Source: an uncultured Actinomycetota bacterium
GTDB taxonomy: Bacteria; Actinomycetota; Actinomycetes; Propionibacteriales; Nocardioidaceae
Length of the DNA stretch: 64,000 nt
Assembly: GCA_963800305.1 (NCBI GenBank)
Contig: CAWDAO010000007.1
Location: forward strand, 28,683 to 92,682
Reading direction: 5' to 3'
Part shown: positions 53,555 through 64,000 of the stretch, one piece after another
Numbering within the stretch: the first letter of the stretch is position 1
How the letters are laid out: every line of letters begins with the position of its first letter
Made by a program: the position numbers and the translations under genes
Notes under the pieces: generated by a model
The model's database searches: none
The model's input: the letters and a program-made list of their open reading frames with translations, nothing else
Told to the model about the DNA's origin: nothing

Positions 53555-54844
53555 TCAGACCAGCGATCCGTCGAGCACCGTGGGGCGGCCCCGCAGGAAG
53601 GTCGAATGGACGGCCGCACCGAACCGGCGTCCGTGCCACGGGTTGTTGCGCGAGAGGGACACCGAGGCGTCGCGGTCCACGGTGAGACCGGCGGCCGGGT
53701 CCACCAGGGTGAGGTTGGCCGGGGCACCGACCTCGAGACCCCGCCCCTGGTCGGCCAACCCCGCGATCCGGGCCGGCTCGCGCGACATCACCCGGGCCAC
53801 GTCGTCCCACCCCATCCGCCCGGGCTCGACCATCACCGAGGCCACCACCGACACCACGGTCTCCAGGCCGATCATCCCGAAGGCCGCGTCGACGAAGGCG
53901 TGCTCCTTGTCGTGGCGGGCGTGGGGGGCATGGTCGGTGGCCACCGCGTCGATGGTCCCGTCGGCCAGGGCCGCGCGCAGCGCCTCGACGTCCTCGGACG
54001 GGCGCAGCGGCGGATTCACCTTGTACGTCGGGTCGTACCCCCCGAGCAGGTCGGTGGTCAACAGCAGATGGTGCGGGGTGACCTCGGCGGTGACCGCGAT
54101 CCCCTGGGCCTTGGCCCAGCGCAACACCTCCACGGTCCCGGCGGTGGAGGCGTGGGCCACGTGCACCCGCGAGCCGGTGTGCCGGGCAAGCATCACGTCT
54201 CGGGCCACCACGACCTCCTCGGCGATGCCGGGCCAGCCGGGCAGCCCAAGCCGACCGGAGATCTCTCCCTCGTGGCAGCAGGCGGTGGGCCCGGCCAGGT
54301 CGGGGTCCTGGCTGTGCTGGCTGATCACGCCGCCGAAGGCCTTCACGTACTCCAGGGCCCGCCGCATCACCCGGGCGTTGCCGACGCAGCGGCCGTCGTC
54401 GGAGAAGACCCGGACCCGGGCCGCCGACCGGGCCATCAGCCCGAGCTCGGCGAGCTCCTCGCCGGCCAGGCCGCGGGTGACCGCGCCGACCGGGTGCACG
54501 TCGACGGTCCCGGCAGCCCGGCCGAGCTCGTGAATCCGCAACGCGGCCTCCGCGGTGTCGGTCACCGGCGTGGTGTTGGCCATGGCCAGGACCGCGGTGA
54601 AGCCACCGATCGCCGCGGCCTTCGACCCGGACCGAACCGTCTCGGCGTCCTCCCGGCCGGGCTCACGCAGGTGGGTGTGCAGGTCCACCAGTCCCGGCAG
54701 GGCGATCAGGCCGTCGGCTTCGATGACCCGCGCGCCGGAGGCGTCGAGGCTCCCGGTCTCGGCGATCACGCCGTCACGCAGCAGCAGGTCGGTGGCGTCC
54801 CCACCCAGCAGGCGGGCTCCCTTGACCAGGATCGGGTCACTCAT
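53555..54844 (-). CDS. pyrC: Dihydroorotase
   Basis: [35 protein letters not shown]. Confidence 0.95.
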   Translation of the reverse strand: MSDPILVKGARLLGGDATDLLLRDGVIAETGSLDASGARVIEADGLIALPGLVDLHTHLREPGREDAETVRSGSKAAAIGGFTAVLAMANTTPVTDTAEAALRIHELGRAAGTVDVHPVGAVTRGLAGEELAELGLMARSAARVRVFSDDGRCVGNARVMRRALEYVKAFGGVISQHSQDPDLAGPTACCHEGEISGRLGLPGWPGIAEEVVVARDVMLARHTGSRVHVAHASTAGTVEVLRWAKAQGIAVTAEVTPHHLLLTTDLLGGYDPTYKVNPPLRPSEDVEALRAALADGTIDAVATDHAPHARHDKEHAFVDAAFGMIGLETVVSVVASVMVEPGRMGWDDVARVMSREPARIAGLADQGRGLEVGAPANLTLVDPAAGLTVDRDASVSLSRNNPWHGRRFGAAVHSTFLRGRPTVLDGSLV

Positions 54845-55776
54845 GAAGCGGCCTCCTCGCCGGCCAGCAGGTGGTAGAGGATCGACATCCGGATCGCCAC
54901 GCCCGCCGAGACCTGCTCCAGCACCAGGGACTGCGCGGCGTCGGCGGCGTCGGCGGCGATCTCCAGCCCGCGGTTCATCGGGCCGGGATGGCAGATGGGG
55001 ACGTCGGGCCCCAACACGGCAAGCCGGTCGCGGGTCAGCCCGTAGCCCACGGTGTACTCCCGGGCGCTGGGGAAGTAGCCGCCGCTCATCCGCTCCCGCT
55101 GGACGCGCAGCATCATCACCGCCTGAGCCTTGGGCAGCTCCTCGTCGAGGTCGTAGGAGGTGGCGAACCCCGCCTCGCGGGACCACGCCTCGATCCCGCT
55201 GGGCATCAGGGTGGGCGGGGCCACCACGGTCACCTGCGCTCCCAAGGCGGTCAGGCACAGCACGTTGCTGCGGAAGACCCGGCTGTGCGTGAGGTCGCCG
55301 ACCAGCAGGATCCGCCGCCCCTCGAGCCCGCCGAGACGCCGGCGCAGGGTGTAGGCGTCGAGCAGGGCCTGGGAGGGGTGCTCGTGGGTGCCGTCGCCGG
55401 CGTTGACCACGGCGACGTCGACCCACTCGGCGACCTGGTGGGCGGCTCCGCTGGCGCCGTGTCGCATCACGAGGGCGTCGACCCCCATCGCGGTGATGGT
55501 CTGCACGGTGTCGCGCAGGCTCTCCCCCTTGGAGGCCGAGCTGCCCTTGCCGGTGATGTTGATCGTGTCGGCCGAGAGCCACTTGCCGGCGATCTCGAAG
55601 CTCGATCGGGTGCGGGTGGAGTCCTCGAAGAAGAGGTTGATGATCGTGCGTCCGCGCAGGGCGGGCAGCTTCTTGACCTCGCGGCGCTGCACGTCGTGCA
55701 TCTCCGCGGCGGTGTCGAAGAGGGTGTGCATCTCCTCGGCGGACAAGTCGGCGACCGAGAGCAGGTGGCGTCTCAC
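54841..55776 (-). CDS. pyrB: Aspartate carbamoyltransferase catalytic subunit
   Basis: [30 protein letters not shown]. Confidence 0.96.
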   Translation of the reverse strand: MRRHLLSVADLSAEEMHTLFDTAAEMHDVQRREVKKLPALRGRTIINLFFEDSTRTRSSFEIAGKWLSADTINITGKGSSASKGESLRDTVQTITAMGVDALVMRHGASGAAHQVAEWVDVAVVNAGDGTHEHPSQALLDAYTLRRRLGGLEGRRILLVGDLTHSRVFRSNVLCLTALGAQVTVVAPPTLMPSGIEAWSREAGFATSYDLDEELPKAQAVMMLRVQRERMSGGYFPSAREYTVGYGLTRDRLAVLGPDVPICHPGPMNRGLEIAADAADAAQSLVLEQVSAGVAIRMSILYHLLAGEEAAS

Positions 55777-56342
55777 GCGATCCGCACCTCCTCGGAGTCG
55801 TCGAGCTCGCTCAGACGCACCATCACCCGCTCGGTCCGCGCGCTGGGCAGATTCTTGCCCACGTGGTCGGCCCGGATCGGCAGCTCCCGGTGGCCCCGGT
55901 CGACCAGCACGGCCAGGCGTACGACGTCGGGGCGGCCCAGATCGTTCATCGCGTCCAGGGCCGCGCGGACGGTGCGCCCGGAGTAGAGGACGTCGTCGAC
56001 CAGCACCACCGTCTTCCCGTCGATGCCGCCGGGGGGCACCTCGGTGGGCTGCGGACCCCGGGTGGGCTGCTGGCGCAGGTCGTCGCGGTAGAGCGTGACG
56101 TCGAGCGCGCCGACCGCGACCTCCACCCCCTCGACGGCCCGGATGTGCGCGGCGATCCGGCGCGCCAGGGGCACGCCGCGGCTGGGGATCCCGAGCAGGA
56201 CCAGGTCGGCGGCTCCCCGGTTGCGCTCGAGGATCTCGTGGGCGATGCGGGTCATGGCCCGGTCGATGTCCCGGTGGTCGAGGACGACGCGTCCGGGGGG
56301 CTCGCTCGGCCCGTCGGGCCCGGAGACAGGTGGCGTGGACAC
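55773..56342 (-). CDS. pyrR: Pyr operon RNA-binding regulator/UPRTase
   Basis: [35 protein letters not shown]. Confidence 0.96.
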   Translation of the reverse strand: MSTPPVSGPDGPSEPPGRVVLDHRDIDRAMTRIAHEILERNRGAADLVLLGIPSRGVPLARRIAAHIRAVEGVEVAVGALDVTLYRDDLRQQPTRGPQPTEVPPGGIDGKTVVLVDDVLYSGRTVRAALDAMNDLGRPDVVRLAVLVDRGHRELPIRADHVGKNLPSARTERVMVRLSELDDSEEVRIA

Positions 56343-56354
56343 GGCCGCTCGGGG

Positions 56355-56394
56355 ACCTCCTTCTCCGCCTCACGGGACGGCTCGTTAAAGGATG
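56355..56394 (-). promoter_or_regulatory. PyrR-binding RNA element overlapping the pyrR RBS
   Basis: CATCCTTTAACGAGCCGTCCCGTGAGGCGGAGAAGGAGGT (CUUUAA...GUCCnGnGAGGC.GAGAAGG pattern). Confidence 0.9.
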
Positions 56395-56429
56395 TCGATC
56401 GCAGGAGAGACTAACAGCGACGGGCCCGG

Positions 56430-57437
56430 CTACCCGACGTCGATGAGCACCTTGCCCACCGCGCCGCCCTCCACGGCATCGTGGGCCGCGGCGAGATCCT
56501 CCAGCACGTAGCGGTGCAGGGGCAGACCCGTGGCCTCCCCCACCGTCAGCGCCCCGGCGGCGACGGCCCCACCGACGTCCTGCTGGGCGGTCGCGAGCTT
56601 GTCGGATCGCAGGGTGTAGAGGATCAGGCCCTGCAGTCGCAGGTTCTTGGCAAAGCTGGCCCGCAGCGGCAGGACCGCCTCATCTCCTCCGTTGTTCGCG
56701 TAGTAGGCGATGGTCGCGTGGTTGGCGGCGACCTCGACGTCGAGCCCCAGGTTCTGGGCGGGGGCGACCTCGACGACCGCGTCAACACCGTCGGGAGCGA
56801 TCTCCCGGATCCGGGCGGCCGCCTCCTCGGTGCGGTAGTTCACGACGTGATGGGCGCCCGCGGCCGCCGCCAGAGACGCCTTCTCCGGCGAGCTCACGGT
56901 GGTCAGCACGATCGCACCCGACCACACGGCCAGCTGGATGGCCGCATGGCCGACCGCCCCGGCCCCTCCCGCCACCAGCACGGTCCGGCCGTGCAAGGCG
57001 CCCGGGCCGAGTCGGCGTACGTCGTCTCCGGCGGTCAGGGCCCGATGTGCGGTGATCGCGGGGACTCCGAGACTCGCCCCGAGGTCGAAGTCCGCCCGGT
57101 CAGGCAGGGGCGCGACGTTGCGGGCCGGCTGCACGCTCAGCTCGGCCGCGGTGCCGTAGGCGCGGCCGTGCTGGGCCAGCATCAACCAGACCCGGTCGCC
57201 TACGGCGACGTGCTCGACCCCTGTCCCGACCGCCTCGACGACCCCCGCGCCGTCCTGACCGGGCACCACCTCGTCGTAGCCCGACATCATCCCGGCTCGG
57301 AACTTCCAATCGGTGGGGTTGACCCCGGATCGGACCACCCGGACCAGCACCTCTTCCGCCCCGGGAGACGGATCCGGGCGCTCGACCAGGCTCAGGACGT
57401 GGGAGGGACCGGTGTGGCCGTAGACGACTGCACGCAT
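56430..57437 (-). CDS. NADPH:quinone reductase (MDR family)
   Basis: [25 protein letters not shown]. Confidence 0.9.
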   Translation of the reverse strand: MRAVVYGHTGPSHVLSLVERPDPSPGAEEVLVRVVRSGVNPTDWKFRAGMMSGYDEVVPGQDGAGVVEAVGTGVEHVAVGDRVWLMLAQHGRAYGTAAELSVQPARNVAPLPDRADFDLGASLGVPAITAHRALTAGDDVRRLGPGALHGRTVLVAGGAGAVGHAAIQLAVWSGAIVLTTVSSPEKASLAAAAGAHHVVNYRTEEAAARIREIAPDGVDAVVEVAPAQNLGLDVEVAANHATIAYYANNGGDEAVLPLRASFAKNLRLQGLILYTLRSDKLATAQQDVGGAVAAGALTVGEATGLPLHRYVLEDLAAAHDAVEGGAVGKVLIDVG

Positions 57438-57484
57438 GTCAGGGCCAGCGCGGAAGGCCGCGGTGTTGTTCCCGGAGCATCGTC

Positions 57485-58564
57485 CTACTTGATCCGGATC
57501 TTCCGGACGGTGTTGGTGCCCTGGGAGCGGATGATGACCTTGGCGCGCACCGAGCGCTTGCCCGCCGTCGCGCGCTTCCCGGCGCGGGTGAGCTTGACTG
57601 CGATCCGTGACTTGCCCCGGGGCCCCATGAAGAACCGCTTGGTCTTGCCGAGCTTCCTCCTTCCCGAGGCCTTCCTGACCACGATCTTGCCCTTGGCCGC
57701 ACCGACCGAGGAGAGCGGCAGACGGATCTTGCCCTTCCGGGCCGAGACTTGACCGGTCTTCACCCGGGCACCGCACGCGGATCCACCGGTCCGGGCCGCC
57801 ATCGGTGCCGTCCGCGCCCGGCGACCGCGGGTCCCCGCGGTGCACATGGTGAACCGGGCGGTGATGATGTGCGAGGGAGCGCTGGTGGACTGGGTGCGGA
57901 CCTGGCCAGGGGTGATCTGCGGGTAGAGCATCCCGACCGAGGGGTTGCCCCGGGTGGCGAACTGGCTGCTGTTGGGTGGGTTGCTGGTGGCCCGGACCGG
58001 AATGTCCCCGGTGTTGCTGGTGGCGCTGAATCCGACCGCGTCGATCAGATCGGCGTTGTTGATCCGGTCGTAGCTGTTCTTCACGGGGAGGTTCAGGGGA
58101 ATCGTGGTCACCCTGTTCGGCCGCAACCGGAAGGTCCGGGTCATCTTCTGCCCGAAGCAGCAGGCCGCCGCTCCCTGGGAAGGCACCCCGCCGTTGGCGT
58201 CCCGGCCGACGATGGTCCGCACCACGGTGAAGCGCAACGGCGCCGGGTTGGGGCCGCTGCGCACCTTGACCGCCGTGACGCGACCGCTCCTGGGCGCCGT
58301 ACCGTTGGGCCCCCGGGGGAACGTGGGCAACTGCCACCAGGTGCAGGTCGGCGCGCCGCTGGGGAAGATGGCGTAGTCGCCGTTTGAGTTGAAGAGCCGC
58401 GGACCGGCCTCACACCCGTAGCGCGCGTTCGGCGTGGACCCGGTGGGATCCCCGAAGTCCTGGGCCATCGCCCCCGGCGCCATCGGCACCAGCAGGCCGA
58501 CGGCCAGTCCGAAGCAGGCGATCCAGAGTCCGACCGATCTCCGCGCGACAATTGTGCTCTTCAC
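57485..58564 (-). CDS. Secreted hypothetical protein with Cys pairs and a highly basic C-terminal domain
   Basis: Signal peptide (...PGAMAQD); K/R-rich last ~100 aa. Confidence 0.7.
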   Translation of the reverse strand: MKSTIVARRSVGLWIACFGLAVGLLVPMAPGAMAQDFGDPTGSTPNARYGCEAGPRLFNSNGDYAIFPSGAPTCTWWQLPTFPRGPNGTAPRSGRVTAVKVRSGPNPAPLRFTVVRTIVGRDANGGVPSQGAAACCFGQKMTRTFRLRPNRVTTIPLNLPVKNSYDRINNADLIDAVGFSATSNTGDIPVRATSNPPNSSQFATRGNPSVGMLYPQITPGQVRTQSTSAPSHIITARFTMCTAGTRGRRARTAPMAARTGGSACGARVKTGQVSARKGKIRLPLSSVGAAKGKIVVRKASGRRKLGKTKRFFMGPRGKSRIAVKLTRAGKRATAGKRSVRAKVIIRSQGTNTVRKIRIK

Positions 58565-58721
58565 GACGTGCCCCCCTTGGCGCTCGTGCCTTCGTTCGAG
58601 GCTAGGCGCGTCCCGGACCGGCGTCCAGGTCTTAGTCAGCCCTAGTAGGTAAAGAATTCGCGGCGGCGGAGGTCCCGACCTGGGAGTCGCCGAGGACTCT
58701 GGTCGAGGTCCGGCCGCCCGT

Positions 58722-60107
58722 TCACGGCCCGAGGTGAGCCAGCGCCACCTCGATCACGCGATGCAGCGTGGGGTAGGCGAAGTGCATGTGGGAGAGGGTC
58801 TCCACCGGGATCTCGGCGTGCACCGCGAGCGCCAGCAGCCCCAGCACCTCCCCGCCGTACGGCGCCATCGAGGTCGCGCCGACGAGGACCCCGCGATCCA
58901 GGTCGGCCACCAGCTTGACCAGCCCGTCGTTGCCGGGCCCGTGCATCCAGCCCCGACTCGACCGGGGGATCTCGGCGGTGCTCGTGCCGACCCGCAGACC
59001 GGCCTCGCGGGCCTGGGCCTCGGTCATCCCCACCGACCCCACCTCGGGATCGGTGAAGGTCACCCGGGAGACCCCGTGGTACTCCGCGTGGTGGGGGTCG
59101 TCGTCGAGGATGTCGGCCACGGTGATCCCCGCTTGATAGCGCGCCACATGGGTGTAGGCCCCCCGGCCGGTGATGTCGCCCACCGCCCAGAGCCGCTCTG
59201 CGGCGCGCAGGGTGTCGTCCACCGCGATGTGGCTCGCCCCCGGGTCGAGGCCGACGGTCTCCAGGCCCAGCCCGTCGAGCTGGGCGACCCGACCTGCCGC
59301 GACCAGGAGCTGCTCGGCTCTGAGCTCCTCCCCGCCCAGACACACCGTGAACTCGGTGCCGTCGTGGGTCACTCGCTCGATGTGCGCTCCGGTACGCACC
59401 GTGATGCCCTCGCCGGTGAAGACCTTCTCCAGAGCGGCGCTGGTCTCCGGCTCCTCGAGCGCCAGGATCCGCTCGGCCACCTCGATCAGCGTGACCGAGG
59501 TGCCGAACCGGGCGTAGCACTGAGCCAGCTCGCAGCCGATGTTGCCGGCCCCGATGACGATCATGCTGGCCGGTGCGTGGGCGAGGTGGAAGACCTCGCG
59601 GTTGGTCAGGTACGGCGTGTCGGCCAGGCCCTCGGTGGGCAGAGTCGCTGGTGCAGTGCCGGTGGCCAGGATCACCGCCCGGCGGGCCACGAAGGCGTGG
59701 GTCTCGTCTCCCGCGTCGGCGTGGGTGTCCACGAGCACCCGCCCAGGACCGTCGAGTCTCCCCCGGCCCCGGACGACCTCGGCACTGGACCTCTCCAGGC
59801 GCTCCACGTGGGAGGTGTCGGTCCAGTGGTTGGTGGACTCGGCGATGCGCTCAGCGGGCAGGGTGTAGTCGGGCCGGATCTCGACCTTCGCGCCGAGTTC
59901 GGCCGCCCGGTGCGCCTCCGCCACGGTGTGGGCGGCTCGCACCAGCAGCTTGGACGGCGTACACCCGACGAAGGGGCACTCCCCACCGACCAGAGCCTGC
60001 TCGACCGCGATGACCTCCAGCCCGGCGGCGGCGAGCTTGTTGGCCGCGAATTCGCCGCCGGGGCCGAGACCGATGACCACGACGTCGACCTCGCGTGCCT
60101 CACTCAT
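58722..60107 (-). CDS. Class I pyridine nucleotide-disulfide oxidoreductase (Lpd/MerA-like)
   Basis: GLGPGG, GGECPFVGCTPSK, GAGNIGCE, FTDPEV, YPT. Confidence 0.88.
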   Translation of the reverse strand: MSEAREVDVVVIGLGPGGEFAANKLAAAGLEVIAVEQALVGGECPFVGCTPSKLLVRAAHTVAEAHRAAELGAKVEIRPDYTLPAERIAESTNHWTDTSHVERLERSSAEVVRGRGRLDGPGRVLVDTHADAGDETHAFVARRAVILATGTAPATLPTEGLADTPYLTNREVFHLAHAPASMIVIGAGNIGCELAQCYARFGTSVTLIEVAERILALEEPETSAALEKVFTGEGITVRTGAHIERVTHDGTEFTVCLGGEELRAEQLLVAAGRVAQLDGLGLETVGLDPGASHIAVDDTLRAAERLWAVGDITGRGAYTHVARYQAGITVADILDDDPHHAEYHGVSRVTFTDPEVGSVGMTEAQAREAGLRVGTSTAEIPRSSRGWMHGPGNDGLVKLVADLDRGVLVGATSMAPYGGEVLGLLALAVHAEIPVETLSHMHFAYPTLHRVIEVALAHLGP

Positions 60108-60141
60108 GCGGCTCACTGTGACAGGTCCGCCCCGACCGCTC

Positions 60142-60966
60142 TCAGCGGTTCAGATGGCGGGCCCACGCGAAGCAGAACAGGCCGAAGGCCACGAACCCCA
60201 GACCGACCAGACCCAGCAGGTAGGGCCCGAACGGCTGCTTGAGCAGGGTCAGCAGGGCAGCGTCCATCCCGCCGGACTTGTCGGCCTCGTGGGTGATCGC
60301 GGCGTAGCCGAAGAGCACGCCGATCATCCCGATCGCGACCCCCTTGGCGCTGTAGCCGGCCCGGCCCAGCCAGACGTACGCCGTGCCGGGCTTGCCCCGT
60401 CGGCCCTCCCCCTCGAGGTCCTTGAGGAATCGGTCGCCCACGCCCTTGAACACCAGCACCCCGCCGGCGATGAGGACGCCCAGGCCGATCAGCCCGACCA
60501 GGATCTGGCCCCCGGGCAGGTCCATCACCTTGGCCGTCATGCTGTCGGTGCCGCCACCGCCGCCACTACCCGAGCCGGTCGCGATCCGGGTGCCACTGAC
60601 GCCGATCACGATGTACAGCACCGCGCGGCCGGCCGAGACCAGCCGCTTGCGGGGTCGCTTCTCCTTCTCCACCCGCTGATGACCGATGGCCGCCTCGGTA
60701 GCCTGCCAGGCCGCGAGCAGGAACAGCCCGATGGAGATCGCCCACACCAGCACGCCGCCGAAGGGTTGCTGAGCCAACTTCGCCAGGGCACCGTCACTGG
60801 AGGTCGAGCCCTCCCGGTCACCCAGGGCGAGCTGGACCGCGAGCCAACCGATGACCAGGTGGACGATGCCGTAGGCGATCAGTCCGACCCGGGCGACCTG
60901 GTCGAGCGTGTCGCTGGTTCGGGCCCAGGCCTCGGCCTCGTCCTTGCCCTCGGATAGCCCAGTCAT
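60142..60966 (-). CDS. DUF1206-like membrane protein
   Basis: ARVGLIAYGIVH, GALAKLAQQPFG, GRAGYSAKG; TAGGGT 6 nt before ATG 60966. Confidence 0.8.
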   Translation of the reverse strand: MTGLSEGKDEAEAWARTSDTLDQVARVGLIAYGIVHLVIGWLAVQLALGDREGSTSSDGALAKLAQQPFGGVLVWAISIGLFLLAAWQATEAAIGHQRVEKEKRPRKRLVSAGRAVLYIVIGVSGTRIATGSGSGGGGGTDSMTAKVMDLPGGQILVGLIGLGVLIAGGVLVFKGVGDRFLKDLEGEGRRGKPGTAYVWLGRAGYSAKGVAIGMIGVLFGYAAITHEADKSGGMDAALLTLLKQPFGPYLLGLVGLGFVAFGLFCFAWARHLNR

Positions 60967-61007
60967 GGGCATACCCTAGAGCGGACGCCGCCGCGCGGTA
61001 ACGGGAC

Positions 61008-61418
61008 TCAGATCAGAGACTCGCGATTGCGCTGGATGGCGCCGAGGATCCCGTTGACGAAGACCGGTGACTCGTCGGTGGAGAGTTCGCGGACCAGTCC
61101 CATCGCCTCGCTGACCGCGACCGCGCCGGGCACATCCTCGGGTCCCCAGAGGAGCTCCCACACGCCGAGGCGCAGCACGTTGCGGTCCACGGCGGGCATC
61201 CGGTCGATGGTCCACTCGGTGGAGTACTCCCCCAGCAGCTCGTCGATCCGGGACCCGTGCTCCTCGACCCCGCGGACCAGCGTGGCGGTGTAGTCGTTGT
61301 TGGGGGGCTCACCCGCGGCGATGGACCTCTCGAGCGTCTCGAGGGCCGAGTCGCCGCGCAGGTCGGCCGCGTAGAGCAGGTCCAGGGCGCGCTTGCGGGC
61401 CTTCGAGCGGGCTCCCAT
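61008..61418 (-). CDS. nusB: Transcription antitermination factor
   Basis: ARSKARKRAL, RMPAVDRNVLR, FVNGIL. Confidence 0.95.
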   Translation of the reverse strand: MGARSKARKRALDLLYAADLRGDSALETLERSIAAGEPPNNDYTATLVRGVEEHGSRIDELLGEYSTEWTIDRMPAVDRNVLRLGVWELLWGPEDVPGAVAVSEAMGLVRELSTDESPVFVNGILGAIQRNRESLI

Positions 61419-61981
61419 CAGGACTTGACGCGCCCCAGGTAGGAGGAGTCGCGGGTGTCGACCTTGACCTTCTCCCCCTGCCCGATGAACAGCGGCACCT
61501 GGATCTCGTGACCGGTCTCCAGGGTGGCCGGCTTGGTGCGGCCGGTGGCGGAGTCCCCGGCCACACCGGGCTCGGTGAAGGTGATCTCCAGCTCGACCGA
61601 GGCCGGCATCTCCAGGTAGAGGACCCGGCCCTCGTTGGTCGCGACCACGGCCTCCTGGTTCTCGAGCAGGAAGTTGGCGGCGTCTCCGACCAGCTCGGGG
61701 GTGATCTCGATCTGCTCGTAGGTGCCGGTGTCCATGAAGACGTACGCCGAGCCGTCGTTGTAGAGGTAGGACATCGTCCGCTTGTCGACCGAGGCCACGT
61801 CGACCTTGACGTCGGCGTTGAACGTCTTGTCCACGGTCTTGCCGGACTCGACGTTGCGCAGCTTGGTGCGCATCACCGCCCCGCCCTTGCCGGGCTTGTG
61901 GTGCTGGAACCACATGACCTGCCAGAGCTGGCCGTCCAGGTTGAGCACCATGCCGTTCTTGAGGTCGTTGGTCGTGGCCAT
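61418..61981 (-). CDS. efp: Elongation factor P
   Basis: [32 protein letters not shown]. Confidence 0.97.
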   Translation of the reverse strand: MATTNDLKNGMVLNLDGQLWQVMWFQHHKPGKGGAVMRTKLRNVESGKTVDKTFNADVKVDVASVDKRTMSYLYNDGSAYVFMDTGTYEQIEITPELVGDAANFLLENQEAVVATNEGRVLYLEMPASVELEITFTEPGVAGDSATGRTKPATLETGHEIQVPLFIGQGEKVKVDTRDSSYLGRVKS

Positions 61982-62094
61982 ACGCGGGAGAACCTTCTCT
62001 ACGGTCGGGGACGTCGGGGCGCTGCCGCGGCCGGGAAGCCGCCGGTGGCGCCGACGCAGGAGTTTAGGGCAGGCCGTGTCCGAGGCGGGCATTC

Positions 62095-62294
62095 GAGCAC
62101 TCGGAGCGGCTCACGATGCGATCGCGCAGGCCTCGCTGACGGATCACCGAGACGGATCGCTGCATCTGGAGCAGGCCCACGCGATCACCCACGCCGTGGA
62201 CAAGCTGCCCGTCGACAAGTGCCCGCTCGAGGCCCAGGCCCTGGTCGAGAAGGCCCTCATCTCCCACGCCGAGGACTTCAACGTGGTTTCTTAG
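62095..62294 (+). pseudogene. Fragment of a DUF222/HNH (13E12-repeat family) gene
   Basis: GSLHLEQAHAITHAVDKLP...AQALVEKALISHAEDF fits the DUF222 helix pattern; no start codon and no HNH domain. Confidence 0.55.
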
Positions 62295-62374
62295 GAGCGA
62301 ACACCGCGCCGCCGGCTCGATCACCTCCACCGACATTGAACCTAGACCGACCGTCTCCCGCGTCCTTGCCGCCG

Positions 62375-62836
62375 TCAGCCATCAGCTCGCGCCCTCGTGC
62401 GCCGCGCCAGCTCGGGTGCCAGCAGGATCGTCAGCGGGATGAGCAGCCAAACCCGTCCCTCGAGGATGTTGTAGTCCGCGAGCAGCGCGCTCCAGGAGTT
62501 GCCGGTGACGTAGTGCCCGAAACCGAACTCGAACGCGATCGTCATCGCCACCCACGCGGTGCCGATCTGCCAGGCCGTCCGACTGCTGATCAACGGCCAC
62601 AACCGCTGCAGCAACCACGAATAGCCGGCGATCATCACGATCAGCGTCACCGTGGAGATCTGGTGGGCCGCCTGGTCACCGACGGCCTTGCCGTAGAGGC
62701 CCTCCCGGGCGACGCCGTTGGCGATCGCCAGGACGGACAGACCGAGCCAGGCAGCGATCCAGCGGGGTCGTGCTGACCTGGGACGGCGGGTGGTGTTGGG
62801 GACAGGTGTGCGGTGCCGAAGCGCCATCGAGACCAT
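62375..62836 (-). CDS. Membrane protein
   Basis: LAIANGVARE...AHQIST...FEFGFGHY...LLADYN; four hydrophobic segments. Confidence 0.75.
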   Translation of the reverse strand: MVSMALRHRTPVPNTTRRPRSARPRWIAAWLGLSVLAIANGVAREGLYGKAVGDQAAHQISTVTLIVMIAGYSWLLQRLWPLISSRTAWQIGTAWVAMTIAFEFGFGHYVTGNSWSALLADYNILEGRVWLLIPLTILLAPELARRTRARADG

Positions 62837-63066
62837 CTCCCTCTCTGTCGGTTTCGTCTCGACCCCTCCATCTTGCGCCCCCGCCGGGGCCGGAGGAGTT
62901 GCCTGGCATCGTCGCGCGCCGCGCGTTTCCTGGGCAAGCCCCCTCCCGACAAGCGCCATCCTCCCGCGGTCAGACCTGCTTGTAGCCGCGCTTCTGGGAT
63001 ATTTCCGCAAAACCGGACCTGCCGATGTGCGCAATGCTCTGACGAGGGTCACCGGAAGACATCAGG

Positions 63067-63783
63067 ATGAGAGGTATGCCCCGAGCCCGGACCTTGCTGC
63101 CCAGTGCCGCATACCTCGCCCTCGCGATCGCCGACATCGTGGCCGCCGGCAAGCGGGGCGGCCCCGCGACCCGACGCCTCAGGTACGTCCTCAAGCCGGC
63201 GCTGATGCCTGCGCTGTCGATCGCCTTCCTCGACGGCACCCGGGGCATCCAGGCTCCGGACCACGCCAACCGGCTCCGCATCGGGACGGCAGCGGCCCAG
63301 GCCCTCTCCTGGGGCGGAGACGTGGCCCTGCTCGGCACGAGCAAACGGTCGTTCCTGAGCGGTGTCGGTTCGTTCTTCGGGGCGCACATCGCCTACGTCG
63401 CTGCGTTCTTGTCAGTGCGCGGCGAGGCCGAGGACTACGACACCGCGGGGCTCAAGGTCGCGCTCGGACTGTGGCTGACCACCGCCCCCCTGATGAGCTT
63501 CGCGGCGGGGCGGAAGGACCCGGCACTGCGGGTTCCGGTCGCCGCCTACGCGACGATCCTCTGCGGGATGTTCGCGACCTCGCGCATGCTCGACCCCGCC
63601 TTGGCGCCAGGGGCACGAAGGACCCTGCAGACCGGCACCGCGCTGTTCCTCATCTCCGACAACATGATCGCGATCCAGAAGTTCCTCCTGCCCGAGCCCC
63701 GACCCGCCCTCGAGTCAGTCGTCATGGCGACCTACACGGCAGGCCAGGGCCTGATCGCCGCGGGGGTCGCGAAGGCGACCTGA
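63067..63783 (+). CDS. YhhN/lysoplasmalogenase-family membrane protein
   Basis: LKPALMP, SWGGDVAL, FFGAHIAY, LFLISD, TYTAGQ. Confidence 0.85.
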   Translation: MRGMPRARTLLPSAAYLALAIADIVAAGKRGGPATRRLRYVLKPALMPALSIAFLDGTRGIQAPDHANRLRIGTAAAQALSWGGDVALLGTSKRSFLSGVGSFFGAHIAYVAAFLSVRGEAEDYDTAGLKVALGLWLTTAPLMSFAAGRKDPALRVPVAAYATILCGMFATSRMLDPALAPGARRTLQTGTALFLISDNMIAIQKFLLPEPRPALESVVMATYTAGQGLIAAGVAKAT

Positions 63784-63897
63784 ACCGACGAAGAGCTTGT
63801 CGTTGCGCCGCTGGTACCGTCGCTGGTCGCCGATTCGTGTCTCGGAACCACCCCGAAGAGGGTGACACCTCCGTCCTCGACCGCCCTGGAGCCTGAG

Positions 63898-64000
63898 ATG
63901 TCCACCACCGCCCGTCAACTGCTGCTGGACCCCCGCACCTACGATCCCTCCCAGCTGGACGACGAGTCACGGCGGATCCTGAGGGCCACCATCGACCACC
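63898..64000 (+). CDS. Probable acyl-CoA dehydrogenase N-terminus (runs off window)
   Basis: MSTTARQLLLDPRTYDPSQLDDESRRILRATID resembles N-termini of actinobacterial ACADs. Confidence 0.5.
   Translation, partial: MSTTARQLLLDPRTYDPSQLDDESRRILRATIDH

Noticed and set aside
58722-60107. Mercuric reductase assignment
   Set aside because: No C-terminal Cys-Cys pair and no mer genes nearby; left as a generic disulfide oxidoreductase.

Overview
A high-GC actinobacterial chromosome segment; gene content and order resemble Nocardioidaceae, which is an inference. Most of it is core housekeeping backbone: glnE-glnA-nadE/panB, rnpB, idi-hisG-hisE, the FMN-riboswitch rib operon, rpe-rsmB-fmt-def-priA-metK-coaBC-rpoZ-gmk-mihF, the pyr operon and nusB-efp. 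Accessory material interrupts it in several places: a circularly permuted ATP-grasp/alpha-E/transglutaminase triad; a large secreted thrombospondin-3-repeat protein with an unrecognised, possibly membrane-inserting N-terminal domain; an island-like block after rnpB (kinase remnant, His-less PAS-REC protein, ppdK, MFS); a molybdopterin oxidoreductase; a VapBC pair; and a zeta-like toxin-antitoxin pair inside the pyr operon. The most notable signals are: (i) a 39/40-identical second copy of the PyrR RNA operator placed in front of carA, just past the TA module that splits the operon; (ii) the TSP3 protein; (iii) two separate phosphorelay proteins that lack the phospho-accepting His; (iv) several gene remnants and widespread leaderless promoters. 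No tRNA, rRNA, CRISPR array or intact transposase/integrase was seen. All calls come from reading motifs by eye; no searches were run.
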